A model generated the notes under the pieces. It made no database searches. It saw only the letters and a list, made by a program, of their open reading frames with translations, and was not told the DNA's origin. A DNA stretch of 64,000 nt from Nitrososphaerota archaeon (GTDB lineage: Archaea > Thermoproteota > Nitrososphaeria_A > Caldarchaeales > Calditenuaceae): positions 1 through 64,000 of the forward strand of contig JAVQSZ010000003.1 in assembly GCA_033581555.1 (NCBI GenBank), written 5' to 3'. This document shows, in pieces, positions 9,375 to 19,021 of this stretch. Position 1 is the first letter of the stretch; each line of letters begins with the position of its first letter. A program made the position numbers and the translations under genes.

Positions 9375-9928
9375 TGAGCAGCTGGATAGTCCGGCTCCAC
9401 GCCGCCGCGACCCGCCTCAAGTCGACCGAGAGGAAGGGCTGGAGGCTGAGGGGGGTCAGGGACCCGGAGAGCGTGGCCGACCACTCGCTGGCGCTCGCGG
9501 TCCTGAGCGTCGCGGTCGCCGCCTCGCGTGGCCTCGACCCGGGGAAGGCCGCGGTCATAGCGGTCCTCCACGACGTCGCCGAGTCCTACACCGGAGACCT
9601 CACGCCGGAGGAGAAGGACCATATGGGCGAGGAGAGGCTCTCGGAGCTAGAGGACAGCGCGCTCGAGCGGATACTGGAGGGCGCGCCGCCGGCGGTGAGG
9701 AAGCTCGTGAAGGAGGCCCTTGAGGAGTACAGGTCCGGGAGCTCCCCGGAGGCGAGGCTCGTTAGGGACCTCGACAAGCTCGAGATGGCCCTGACCGCCC
9801 TCGAGTACCGCGACCAGCTCGGCCCGGCGGGCGTGATGGAGTTCCTTGACTCAGCCGCGAGGTCCGTGAACGACAACGAGGTCTCGGAGCTGATAGGTGG
9901 GCTGGTCCGTGGCCTCAGCACTTCCTGA
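9374..9928 (+). CDS. HD-domain hydrolase (YfbR/HDDC2 5'-deoxynucleotidase-like)
   Basis: LK...RKGW, ESVADHS, HDVAESYTGD, DLDKLEM. Confidence 0.88.
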   Translation: MSSWIVRLHAAATRLKSTERKGWRLRGVRDPESVADHSLALAVLSVAVAASRGLDPGKAAVIAVLHDVAESYTGDLTPEEKDHMGEERLSELEDSALERILEGAPPAVRKLVKEALEEYRSGSSPEARLVRDLDKLEMALTALEYRDQLGPAGVMEFLDSAARSVNDNEVSELIGGLVRGLSTS

Positions 9929-11012
9929 CGAGTTTTACGTCCGGTCGAAGCTCTTCATGGCGAAGTATCCGTTCTCAGCCAGCGCGAGGGAGTACGTCGC
10001 GAGCTACTGGGGCTCGACGGTCGAGGAGCTCTCGAGGTCTTGGCACGCGGGGGCAGTTGACGCGGCAGTCCGGAGGGTCCTCGATGCAGTCAATCGGGGG
10101 GAGGAGGTCGGGGAGGTCAGGGTCGGGGAGGACGTCGACGCGGAGATCCTCAGCTTCCCGATAGCCCTGATGATGGTCGCCTCGGTCGGGGCCAGCTGGC
10201 TCGCCAGGAGGTGGGCCCTTTACGAGTCGAGGAGGGTCGAGAGGCTCCTCTCGGAGGAGGACGACCCGACGTTGCTGCACCTGTTGAGGGCTGAGCTCGG
10301 GATCAGGGTCGAGTTCGTCCCCACCTCGGAGGAGCAGAGGAAGGGAGGGAGCGCGTATAAGGTCTCCCTCCACGACTACTTGCGGCTGGTGAAGGGCCTC
10401 GACGGCGTCGAGTGGAGGCTCGTGAACAGGACCGTCCACTCTGGGTGGGTTTACGTCTCGAGGCGGGAGCTCATTCGGCTCGCGGCGGAGGAGGTCGAGT
10501 CGCGGGTCCTGAGGAGGGTCTCGGAGGTCGGACAGCCCAAACTCCCCGAGGAGCTCTTGCGGAGGTTGAGCGAGGTGAGGGAGGTCGTCCTCTCGAGGGC
10601 CGCGAGGCTCGGGGCTAAGGCGGAGTTCAGGGGCGAAGAGACTTGGCCTCCGTGCATGAGGGCCCTCAAGAACGCCCTCGTCTCAGGAGGCAAGGTGGGG
10701 CACTTCGGGAACTTCGCGATCGCGACGTTCCTCCTCTCGATAGGCTGGACCGTTGAGGACGTGATCGGCATCTACGCCCAGAGGGCAGACTTCAACGAGA
10801 GGATCGCCCGCTACCAGACCGAGCACATAGCGGGGCTGCGGGGCTCGAGGACGAAGTACTCAGTTCCCTCTTGCCAGACGATGAGGGCCCATGGGCTGTG
10901 CGTCGAGCAGGGGAGGCTCTGCCCTTCGGGCATCAAGAACCCGAGGCAGTACGCGAGGCTCCTTGGGGCGGCGAGGAGGTCAGCCGGAGAGGCCGCAGGT
11001 AGCGTCACCTGA
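9897..11012 (+). CDS. priL: DNA primase large subunit
   Basis: AKYPF, WRLVNRTVHSGWVY, PPCM, YQTEHIAG.RG...Y..PSC..M....LC (Fe-S cysteines); exact start uncertain. Confidence 0.92.
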   Translation: MGWSVASALPDEFYVRSKLFMAKYPFSASAREYVASYWGSTVEELSRSWHAGAVDAAVRRVLDAVNRGEEVGEVRVGEDVDAEILSFPIALMMVASVGASWLARRWALYESRRVERLLSEEDDPTLLHLLRAELGIRVEFVPTSEEQRKGGSAYKVSLHDYLRLVKGLDGVEWRLVNRTVHSGWVYVSRRELIRLAAEEVESRVLRRVSEVGQPKLPEELLRRLSEVREVVLSRAARLGAKAEFRGEETWPPCMRALKNALVSGGKVGHFGNFAIATFLLSIGWTVEDVIGIYAQRADFNERIARYQTEHIAGLRGSRTKYSVPSCQTMRAHGLCVEQGRLCPSGIKNPRQYARLLGAARRSAGEAAGSVT

Positions 11013-13476
11013 AGTCGTGCACATACCTGTAGAGCTCAAGGACCTTCGGGTCGGCTCTCCCTTCCCTCACCATCTCCTCTAGCTCATCAGGGCTGCTCCC
11101 CAGGACCAGGTTGATCGTCGTAAGGGCGGTCTCGTTCTCCATCTCTGCAGCCGCGAAGAGGAGCCTCGCGTTGTGCTGGACGTACCTCGGCGATGTGATC
11201 AGGGCCCTCAAGAACTCCATCACGAGGGGCGCCCTCGACCTGTCGAACCTGGGCGCGTTCGCGACCACCTCCCTCTTGGCCTCCTCGAGCACTACGCCGA
11301 GCTTCTCTGAGACCTGCTTAGCTGCTTCTTCGGCGCTCAACTCCGCGAACGGCCCGGAAGCGTACGCCCTCCTCAGGACCTCCTTCACCCTCGAGACGAG
11401 CTCCGGCTCGGCCCTGCCCTTCAACGACTTTACGACCCTCTCAGCGGCGATCGAGTCGAGGTCGTCGTAGAAGGCCCGAGTCCACTCGTAGTGGAGTTCC
11501 CAGACCTTCCTGAAGAGCGTCTCGTCGAACCTCGTCCCCTTGGGGACTTGCTCGACCCTCCTCGCTAGCACGACGCCGTCCTTCGTCCTCTCCGGCCCCA
11601 GGAGGTAGCCGTCCCTCGTGACCCGGGCGCCGTTCCTGTAGAGCGACCAGAGCCAAGCCGTGAAGATCCTGTAGGTCGCGAGGTCGTTCATGAAACGCTG
11701 ATTCAGCTCGTAGTCGTCGATGGCCGCCGCGAGGTTTCCGTTCAGGATCTGGAAGGCGTAGTTCGCGGCCATGTAGAAGGCGTGCTGGATGTGCTCCACC
11801 GTGATCTCCCCCTGGGGGATCGAGTAGAGGGCCTCCCAGAGCCCCTTCCCTCCCCACAACCTCTCCGAAAAGAGGTCCTCTGGCCTCGAGAGGTCGGACG
11901 CCCTGACGGTCCAGGGCTTGATCTTCCCGTCCTGCGTCAGCAGTCCCAGCTCCGCGAACCTCCTCCTCTCCTCAGGGGTGAGGCCGCTCCCCGGCGCAGG
12001 CAACCTCTGTCCCTCGACCTCGACGTACTCGACCGGCGCGTCGATCAGTCCCTGCAGCTCCTCGAGCCTCGCCCTCAGCGGGGCGTTCCCTGCGGCCACG
12101 TACTGCTCCTCCTTCGTCGCAACCCAGCTCTGCCTGAAGAGGTCGTAGAGCCTCCCCCTATATCTCCCCTCCAGTACGTCCCTCAAAGTCACGACGGCGC
12201 CCTCCGGCAGGTCCTCGGCGACGAAGATCAGACCCGTGAGCCTCTCCCTGAGCTTGTCGATCCAGATCCCCCTGATCGCCCTCGCGTTATACCTGTGGCG
12301 TCCGTAGTAGTCTGTCTGCGGGTAGAGCATGACGGCCGCCATTCCGCCGACCGGTGCGGCGCGGGCCTCTCCGTCCGTCATGCCAGCCATCAGCATGAGG
12401 AGCGCGTTGTACCTCTGATAGACCATCATGTTCGGAGAGGTCATCGTGACGTTCTGCGGGTCCGGGAAGACCGACTCGTCCTTCCACATCTCGATCAGCG
12501 ACCCGAGGTAGTCCCAGCGGCCGTTGCTGGACTTGATTAGCCTCTCCCTCCATATCCAGAGAATCACGGGGAGGTAGAGCCCAGCCATCCCCTCCTCGTA
12601 GAGCATAGCGACCTTGATCTCTCCGGTCCTGAGCCCCGCGGCCCGCTCAAGCGACCTGAGCATCCTCTCGACGACTAGCGCCTCCTCCGGCGTCATCACC
12701 TTCGGTACGTAGAAGTAGACTCCAGAGCCAGCCCTCCTCAGCGCGTCGTAATTGTTCAGAAGGTAGACCGTGGCCGAGACAACGATCGCAGGGGCCGGTC
12801 TGCCGTCGACGAGGACGTAGTGGTCGAGGAGGTGGATTCCTGGGAGCCGATGGAAGACCGCGGGCCACTCTGACCTGGGCTTCCTGATCTCGTAGGACTT
12901 CCCTCCCTCGAAGTAGGGCTTAGGGACCGACTCCGAGAGGACCAGCTTCACGTTCCGCCTGCCCTCCCAGACCGCGGGGCACCTCCTCCCGGACCCCCGG
13001 GGCACGAACCAGGCCGGCGACGCGTCCTCCTCGTCCTCGAACGCGGTCACGACGTCGGCGTTGATCTGGTGGATCGCCCTGCTGAGCGGATACCAGGGTC
13101 CGGTGAGCTCGAGGCCCGCCCTCCTGACGGGGTCGATCTCGTCTGGGACCGGCACCCGGTCGTTCAGCCTCCAGGCGAGCTCGGTCCTCCGGCCGTGGAA
13201 GTTGTCGATCAGCCCCTGGACGATCTCCCTGAACGTCCAGACGTTGCCGTCGGCGTCCGCAAAGCGCTCCTCCCACGACGGGAACCTGCCCTTCGACCTG
13301 AGGGGCGACCTGTCGTCGAGCCACCTCCTCCTCGCGGCGACCGCTGCGTCCAGCTCCGGTCTAAGGGAGACGGTCAGCTCGCCGATCGTTCGCTCCACGT
13401 TGAGCGTCCTCGCGTTGATTACTTTGTCGCCGAGGAGCTCAGGGTACTCGTCGCGGCAGAGAATCTCAACACGCAC
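11005..13476 (-). CDS. aceB: malate synthase (long archaeal type)
   Basis: LELTGP, DEEDAS, GVYFYVPK, NGRWDY, APVGGMAA, MNDLAT. Confidence 0.85.
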   Translation of the reverse strand: MRVEILCRDEYPELLGDKVINARTLNVERTIGELTVSLRPELDAAVAARRRWLDDRSPLRSKGRFPSWEERFADADGNVWTFREIVQGLIDNFHGRRTELAWRLNDRVPVPDEIDPVRRAGLELTGPWYPLSRAIHQINADVVTAFEDEEDASPAWFVPRGSGRRCPAVWEGRRNVKLVLSESVPKPYFEGGKSYEIRKPRSEWPAVFHRLPGIHLLDHYVLVDGRPAPAIVVSATVYLLNNYDALRRAGSGVYFYVPKVMTPEEALVVERMLRSLERAAGLRTGEIKVAMLYEEGMAGLYLPVILWIWRERLIKSSNGRWDYLGSLIEMWKDESVFPDPQNVTMTSPNMMVYQRYNALLMLMAGMTDGEARAAPVGGMAAVMLYPQTDYYGRHRYNARAIRGIWIDKLRERLTGLIFVAEDLPEGAVVTLRDVLEGRYRGRLYDLFRQSWVATKEEQYVAAGNAPLRARLEELQGLIDAPVEYVEVEGQRLPAPGSGLTPEERRRFAELGLLTQDGKIKPWTVRASDLSRPEDLFSERLWGGKGLWEALYSIPQGEITVEHIQHAFYMAANYAFQILNGNLAAAIDDYELNQRFMNDLATYRIFTAWLWSLYRNGARVTRDGYLLGPERTKDGVVLARRVEQVPKGTRFDETLFRKVWELHYEWTRAFYDDLDSIAAERVVKSLKGRAEPELVSRVKEVLRRAYASGPFAELSAEEAAKQVSEKLGVVLEEAKREVVANAPRFDRSRAPLVMEFLRALITSPRYVQHNARLLFAAAEMENETALTTINLVLGSSPDELEEMVREGRADPKVLELYRYVHDFR

Positions 13477-13507
13477 GGCGTCACGACAGACGGGCGGGAT
13501 ATATCTC

Positions 13508-15055
13508 TCAGCAGGGCTCGATCGTGCTCGGCGGCTTGCTGCTGACTGCGTAGCAGACCATCGCGACGCCCGGGACCTCGTTGGTGATCCTCCTCGATAT
13601 CCGGTCGAGCAGGTCGTGGTCGAGCCTCATCCAGTCGGCGGTCATCCCGTCCTCGCTGGTCACGACCCTCACGATCACGATCCTCCCCTCCTCGCGCTCG
13701 TCGCCCTTCACCCCGACCCACCGGTCGTCACCGACGGCTGCAAACGCCTGCCAGACCTGGTCGTAGAGACCGGCCCTCGTCAGCTCTTCCTCCACGATCG
13801 CGGAGGCCCTCCTGCAGACCTCGAGCTTCTCCTCGGTGACCTCGCCCATCACCCTCACCGCAAGACCGGGGCCCGGGAACGGGTGCCTCCTCACGACCGA
13901 CTCGGGGACTCCGAGGGCCCTCGCGACCTGTCTCACCTCGTCCTTATAGAGGTCCTTGAGCGGCTCGATCAGACCGAGCCCCAGCTCCCTAGGGAGGCCT
14001 CCGACGTTGTGGTGGGACTTGATCACGCTCGTGGCGGTCCCCGTAGCACCGCTCTCGACCCTGTCCGGGTAGATCGTGCCCTGCGCGAGATACTCGATCC
14101 TCCCGATCCTCGAGGCGACATCCTTGAAGACCTCGACGAAGAGCGCTCCGATCGCCTTCCTCTTCTCCTCCGGGTCCCTCAACCCCCTTAGCGCGTTCAT
14201 GAACCTAGACCTCGCGTCGACGAAGTGGACGTTCTTCAACCCCATCGACCTCAGGACCTCGAGGACCTCCTCGGCCTCGCCCTCCCGCATCAGCCCGTGG
14301 TCGACGAAGACGACGTGGAGCCTGTCGCCGACCGCCCTGTGGAGGACAACGGCAGTCGTAATGGAGTCGACGCCTCCGCTGACGCCCAGCAGGACGCCCG
14401 CGCCTTCGGGGACCGACCTCCTCACCTCCTCTATGACCTCCGCGACCCTGTCGAGCGGGTTCCACCTCTCCCTCAGCCCCGCGCCCCTCCTGAGGAAGTT
14501 CTCGAGGACCTTCGTCCCGTGCTCGGTGTGCCTCACCTCCGGGTGGAACTGGACCGTGAAGACGGGCAGCTCCTTCGACTCCATCGCCGCGATCAGGCCG
14601 TACTCGGACCTCGCCACGACCCTAAAGCCCTCGGGGGGCCGCACGACGACGTCTCCGTGGCTCATCCAGACGACCTGCTGTCTCGGGAGGTCCGCGAAGA
14701 GGACGCTCTCCTCGTCCTCGACGATGACCCTGGTCCTCCCGTACTCCCTCCTCTCGGACCTCATTACCTCCCCGCCGAGCGCCTTCGCGATCAGCTGGTG
14801 GCCGTAGCAGATTCCGAGGACCGGTATGCCCGCGCCGATCACAGACGGGTCGAGTTGCGGCGCGCTTGGCTCGTAGACCGATCTCGGTCCTCCAGAGAGG
14901 ATCAAGGCCGAGTACTCCGCCAGCGGGACCTCCCTCAACCTCGAGTGGTCGACGATCTCCGAGTAGACTCCGAGCTCCCTGCACCTCCTCGCGATAAGGT
15001 GGGTGTACTGGCCTCCGAAGTCCACTACCAGGACCTTTTCCCTGACCGTCGACAC
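13508..15055 (-). CDS. guaA: GMP synthase (glutamine-hydrolysing, fused GATase + ATPPase)
   Basis: DFGGQYTHLIARR, GICYGHQ, QFHPEV, SGGVDS, IKSHHNVGG, KPPSTIE. Confidence 0.96.
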   Translation of the reverse strand: MSTVREKVLVVDFGGQYTHLIARRCRELGVYSEIVDHSRLREVPLAEYSALILSGGPRSVYEPSAPQLDPSVIGAGIPVLGICYGHQLIAKALGGEVMRSERREYGRTRVIVEDEESVLFADLPRQQVVWMSHGDVVVRPPEGFRVVARSEYGLIAAMESKELPVFTVQFHPEVRHTEHGTKVLENFLRRGAGLRERWNPLDRVAEVIEEVRRSVPEGAGVLLGVSGGVDSITTAVVLHRAVGDRLHVVFVDHGLMREGEAEEVLEVLRSMGLKNVHFVDARSRFMNALRGLRDPEEKRKAIGALFVEVFKDVASRIGRIEYLAQGTIYPDRVESGATGTATSVIKSHHNVGGLPRELGLGLIEPLKDLYKDEVRQVARALGVPESVVRRHPFPGPGLAVRVMGEVTEEKLEVCRRASAIVEEELTRAGLYDQVWQAFAAVGDDRWVGVKGDEREEGRIVIVRVVTSEDGMTADWMRLDHDLLDRISRRITNEVPGVAMVCYAVSSKPPSTIEPC

Positions 15056-15134
15056 CTCACTGGTCCCTTAGGCCCGGCGCTATTAATCGGAGCCTCCGGG
15101 CTTAGAATAAATACGCCCCGTGACTCCGAGATTG

Positions 15135-15226
15135 GGGGCCGTGGTCTAGCGGTCATGACGCCGCCCTTACGTGACCGACGTCAGGGGACACGGCGGAGGT
15201 CGCCGGTTCGAGTCCGGCCGGCCCCA
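15135..15226 (+). tRNA. tRNA-Val(TAC) with 19-nt intron
   Basis: Acceptor GGGGCCG/CGGCCCC-A, D-arm GTC..GAC, anticodon stem CCGCC/GGCGG enclosing 26 nt, T-arm GCCGG-TTCGAGT-CCGGC; AT-rich promoter at about 15102-15113. Confidence 0.9.
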
Positions 15227-15261
15227 CCTCGCATCCACCGGATCTCCCTCGAAATGCCTTA

Positions 15262-15894
15262 ATGACAAGGGCTCGGACTGACGGTGGAGTGCACCCTTCG
15301 GCGCTCATCGTCACGGAGTTCAGGCAGATAGGTGGCTCGAGGAGGGGCCTGGTGAGGCTCCATGACAAGCCGCTGATCCAGTACGTCATCGAGTCGATAC
15401 CGGACGAGGTCGAGGAGCTCGTGGTCTCGGTCGCGAGCGAGTCGGAGGCCGAGGACTACAGGGAGCTCGTGGAGCAGTACATGGGCCGGTTCGTGATCTC
15501 CTCGAACAACCCTTTGCCCCAGGTCCTCCACGAAGTCCTCTCGGAGGGTGAGACCGACAGGCTGCTGGTCCTCCCCTGTGACGCTCCGCTCCTCACGATT
15601 GAGTTCACCTCGATGCTCCTGGACCTCACGAAGAGGTTCAACGCGGCCGTGCCGACCTCCTCCGACGGCGAGAGGAACTTCCTGTTCTCGGCCTACAGGG
15701 TCGAGGAGTACGTGAGGGCCTACGGGGCCGCGAGGTACAGGACTTCGATGAACGAGGTCGTGGGATCGATGAGGAACGTGATCTACGTCAACTATAGGGC
15801 TCTCAGGTCGCTGGACCCCAGGCTCGCGTTCCTACTGAGGGTCAACAGCCCCGAGGACCTGAGGAGGGCGGAGCTCTTGATGCAGAGGAGGTGA
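15262..15894 (+). CDS. MobA-like NTP transferase (degenerate N-terminal motif)
   Basis: KPLIQYVIE, LVLPCDAPLL, RVNSPEDLRRAE; lacks LAGG; start may be GTG 15289. Confidence 0.7.
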   Translation: MTRARTDGGVHPSALIVTEFRQIGGSRRGLVRLHDKPLIQYVIESIPDEVEELVVSVASESEAEDYRELVEQYMGRFVISSNNPLPQVLHEVLSEGETDRLLVLPCDAPLLTIEFTSMLLDLTKRFNAAVPTSSDGERNFLFSAYRVEEYVRAYGAARYRTSMNEVVGSMRNVIYVNYRALRSLDPRLAFLLRVNSPEDLRRAELLMQRR

Positions 15895-15958
15895 AGAGGG
15901 GACGAGGGCGCTCGACAGCTCGAAGATCCTAGAGGCGCTCGGCATCGACTACTACGTC

Positions 15959-18900
15959 GTGAGGAGAGAGGGCTCGAGGCCGAAGAGGGTCGAGGTCAGG
16001 TTCAGGGACCTGTTGCCAGAGCTCGCGGAGAGGGGACTCGAGATCGCGGAGAAGCAGCTCTACGTCCACCAGATGAGGGCCCTGATCGCCCTCAATTCCG
16101 ACAAGAACCTCATCTTGAGGTCGGGGACCGGCTCCGGGAAGACCGAGGCCTGGTTCGTCTACGTCGCGAGGAAGAGGCTCAAGGCGATGGCCGTCTACCC
16201 GACCCTGGCCCTCGCGAACGACCAGATCAGGAGGCTCAAGAGCTACTGTGAGGCGCTGGGGATGAAGGCGACGATAGTCGACTCGCCGACGGTCAAGGAG
16301 TACGCGAAGTCGTCGGGGACGAGGGCGCTCAGGTATGAGATCTCAGGGAGCGACGTCGTGATCACGAACCCCGCCTTTCTCCTCAACGAGCTGAAGAGGA
16401 TCGGGACCGACCGGCCGCCCTACACGCGGAGCTTCCTCGAGAACTTGGACCTCCTGGTGATCGACGACCTCGACTTCTACAACCCGAGGAGCCTCGCGAT
16501 AATGCTCGCGATGATGGCGATCCTTCGTGAGGAGGTCTCCCCGAAGGTGAGGTTCGTAGTCCTGACAGCGATGCTGAAGGACCCCACCGGGCTCGCCGAG
16601 TACGTGAGGCGGATCACGGGGAAGGAGGTGGAGGTGATCGACGGCCTCCCGTTCAGCGCGGAGAATTACACCTACGTCGTCTTCGGGAAGGACCTGAGGA
16701 GGCTCTGGGAGGGGCTGAGGGGCGCTAGGCCTGTCATCGAGGCTGCGGGCGCGGGGCGCGACGCCCTTCAGGCCCTCGAGGACTTCCAGAAGTTCAGGGC
16801 GTCGCTCTTCAAGGTGATGGAGGTCGCGAGGGCGGCTGGCATCGAGGTCCCGGAGGACCTGGGGCTCAACCCGGTTGAAGTGTTGGAGAGGTACGTGGAG
16901 GACGAGGGGATCACGCTGGTCTTCACCAAGAGCATCGCCAAGGCCGAGGAGGTCGCGAGGGCCCTGAGGGAGAGGGTCGGGGACGCGGTAGCCTCTCATC
17001 ACCACCTCCTCGAGAAATCGCTGCGGGCCGAGGTAGAGGAGAGGGCCAGGAGGGGCGAGGTGAAGATACTGGTCTCGCCGAGGACGCTCTCCCAGGGGAT
17101 AGACATCGGGCAGATCGTAAGGACGGTGCACATCGGGCTCCCCGACAGCCTGAGGGAGTTCCTCCAGAAGGAGGGGAGGAAGGGGAGGAGGGAGGAGGTC
17201 GAGCGGACCGAGACCCTGATCTTCCCTTCCTCGGGCTGGGACTACAACCTCCTGAGGAGGGGACCTTCGGCGCTCCTGAAGTGGCTCGAGCTCCCGAGGG
17301 AGATTCTGGTCATCAACCCGGAGAACAAGTACGTGGTGCTGGTGAAGGGCCTGATTAGGCTCTCGAACCCGAACAGGGCCGTGAACGCGTCTCCGGAGGA
17401 GCTGGAGCTGCTGAGCAGGCTCGGGCTGAGGGACGGCCTCCAGCTCAACGACCGCGGAAAAAGGGCGCTCCTCAACCTGAACTTCTACGAGTTCGCGCCA
17501 CCCTACGGTATCAAGAGGATAAGGAGGACCAAGGAGTCGGAGAAGTACCTCGAGGAGATCTCGCATGCGGACCTCGTCGAGAAGTTCCAGATCGGGTGCA
17601 TCGACTACACCTCCGACGGCGTCGTGACCGCGTTCAGAAAGACGGACTCGAAGGGCAGGGTGGTGACCGGGGTGATAGTGGAGGACATCGCGGAGCACGT
17701 GCTAAGGAGGCACGACCCGCTCGCCTACGTCCTCGAGGAGTACTACGCCTTCGCGAGGAGGTGGGGCGTCACGCCGGACATCAGGAGGGACTACAGGGCC
17801 GGGCTGATCCACAGCGACGTCATATGCGTCGTGAGGCCCCCTGAGGGCTTCGAGCGCTATGTGAAGATCCCCAACAGGACGATCTGGACCGTGATGAGCA
17901 GGGTGCCGAAGGTAGTCGTGGTGGGGGACGGGAAGACGGTCGTCATGAGGGAGGCGAAGAGAATGGCCGTGCCCGCGATCACGGACGGAATCTACACGGA
18001 CTTCTCATACGGAACTATGGTCGAGCTTGACCCGAGGACCGAGCCTGACCTCGCGAGGCTCGGGGCGGCCTTCATCGAGCTGGTGATGCGGAGGGCCCTC
18101 TCGATCCCGTTCTGGACTATAGCGTACGACGTCCTCGTGATGGGCGAGAGGAAGTTCCTCACGGTCCACGAGCCCGATTCGGCGGGGCTGCTGGAGGGGA
18201 TGGATTGGGTGAAGCTCAGGGAGATTGTCGCGACCTACAACCCCGACGAGCTGGACGAGGCCCTCCTCGAGAGCGTGAACGAGCTCGGCTACTCGGCCCT
18301 GGTCGCGAAGGGGATGGACTGGGAGGTGGCCAGGCACTACGCGCTCTCGATCATCGACCGGTTCATCGCCCGAGAGAGGATCAGGGTCGAGTTCAGGGGG
18401 AAGGAGCTGATGCTGCCTAAGCCCTCGAGGGCCCTAAAGAGGGCCGCGATGCTGGTCTACACCCTATCGGTCGGAGAGCGTTCGGTCCTGACGGGGTCCT
18501 CCGAACAGCAGGACGAGCTATACGCGGTCGCGGTCTTCGACGGCGAGTCGCTGAAAGTCCCGGTTGGTGTGTTCACGCCAGAGGGCCCTGACGAGGCCTA
18601 CCTCGAGTCCTCCGCCTACGTCTCGAAGCTCGTCGACCAGGAGTTCACCATATACACCTACGACGTCGAGTCCCTGGAAGCCGCCCTGACCAGGCTCAAG
18701 ATGAAGTCCCTAAAGGCGAAGCTCGCGGGCCTTCAGGGCGAGAACCTCCTGATCGACCTCTCGCCGCACGCCTCGAGGCTCCTTGGGCCCGACCACACCT
18801 TCAGGGACGTCGTCGAGTCCTTCGTGGGGTTGGCCGAAGGTCGGGTCGTCACGCCGATAGACGTCCTACTCCGGGGGATCAGGGTCCAGACCTCCCGAAG

Positions 18901-19021
18901 GGGATGGAGGGAGAAGGCGGTTAACGCGGTCGCGCCGGCTTTAGAGAAGCTCGCGGAGGTGGAGCTGACCGCGCTCTACCTCCTGAGCCTCATCGTGGAC
19001 CCAAGGAGGGACGCTGGGTGA
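15959..19021 (+). CDS. SF2 helicase, Hrq1/SftH/YprA-like
   Basis: SGTGSGKT, YPTLALANDQ, TNP, DDLD, TLSQGIDIG, QKEGRKGR; reading frame is open upstream to 15881. Confidence 0.82.
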   Translation: MRREGSRPKRVEVRFRDLLPELAERGLEIAEKQLYVHQMRALIALNSDKNLILRSGTGSGKTEAWFVYVARKRLKAMAVYPTLALANDQIRRLKSYCEALGMKATIVDSPTVKEYAKSSGTRALRYEISGSDVVITNPAFLLNELKRIGTDRPPYTRSFLENLDLLVIDDLDFYNPRSLAIMLAMMAILREEVSPKVRFVVLTAMLKDPTGLAEYVRRITGKEVEVIDGLPFSAENYTYVVFGKDLRRLWEGLRGARPVIEAAGAGRDALQALEDFQKFRASLFKVMEVARAAGIEVPEDLGLNPVEVLERYVEDEGITLVFTKSIAKAEEVARALRERVGDAVASHHHLLEKSLRAEVEERARRGEVKILVSPRTLSQGIDIGQIVRTVHIGLPDSLREFLQKEGRKGRREEVERTETLIFPSSGWDYNLLRRGPSALLKWLELPREILVINPENKYVVLVKGLIRLSNPNRAVNASPEELELLSRLGLRDGLQLNDRGKRALLNLNFYEFAPPYGIKRIRRTKESEKYLEEISHADLVEKFQIGCIDYTSDGVVTAFRKTDSKGRVVTGVIVEDIAEHVLRRHDPLAYVLEEYYAFARRWGVTPDIRRDYRAGLIHSDVICVVRPPEGFERYVKIPNRTIWTVMSRVPKVVVVGDGKTVVMREAKRMAVPAITDGIYTDFSYGTMVELDPRTEPDLARLGAAFIELVMRRALSIPFWTIAYDVLVMGERKFLTVHEPDSAGLLEGMDWVKLREIVATYNPDELDEALLESVNELGYSALVAKGMDWEVARHYALSIIDRFIARERIRVEFRGKELMLPKPSRALKRAAMLVYTLSVGERSVLTGSSEQQDELYAVAVFDGESLKVPVGVFTPEGPDEAYLESSAYVSKLVDQEFTIYTYDVESLEAALTRLKMKSLKAKLAGLQGENLLIDLSPHASRLLGPDHTFRDVVESFVGLAEGRVVTPIDVLLRGIRVQTSRRGWREKAVNAVAPALEKLAEVELTALYLLSLIVDPRRDAG

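Noticed and set aside
15168-15186. Intron at 33/34 giving tRNA-Val(GAC)
   Set aside because: The required 4-bp BHB helix (CGCC against TCAG) does not pair; the TAC-yielding registers do.
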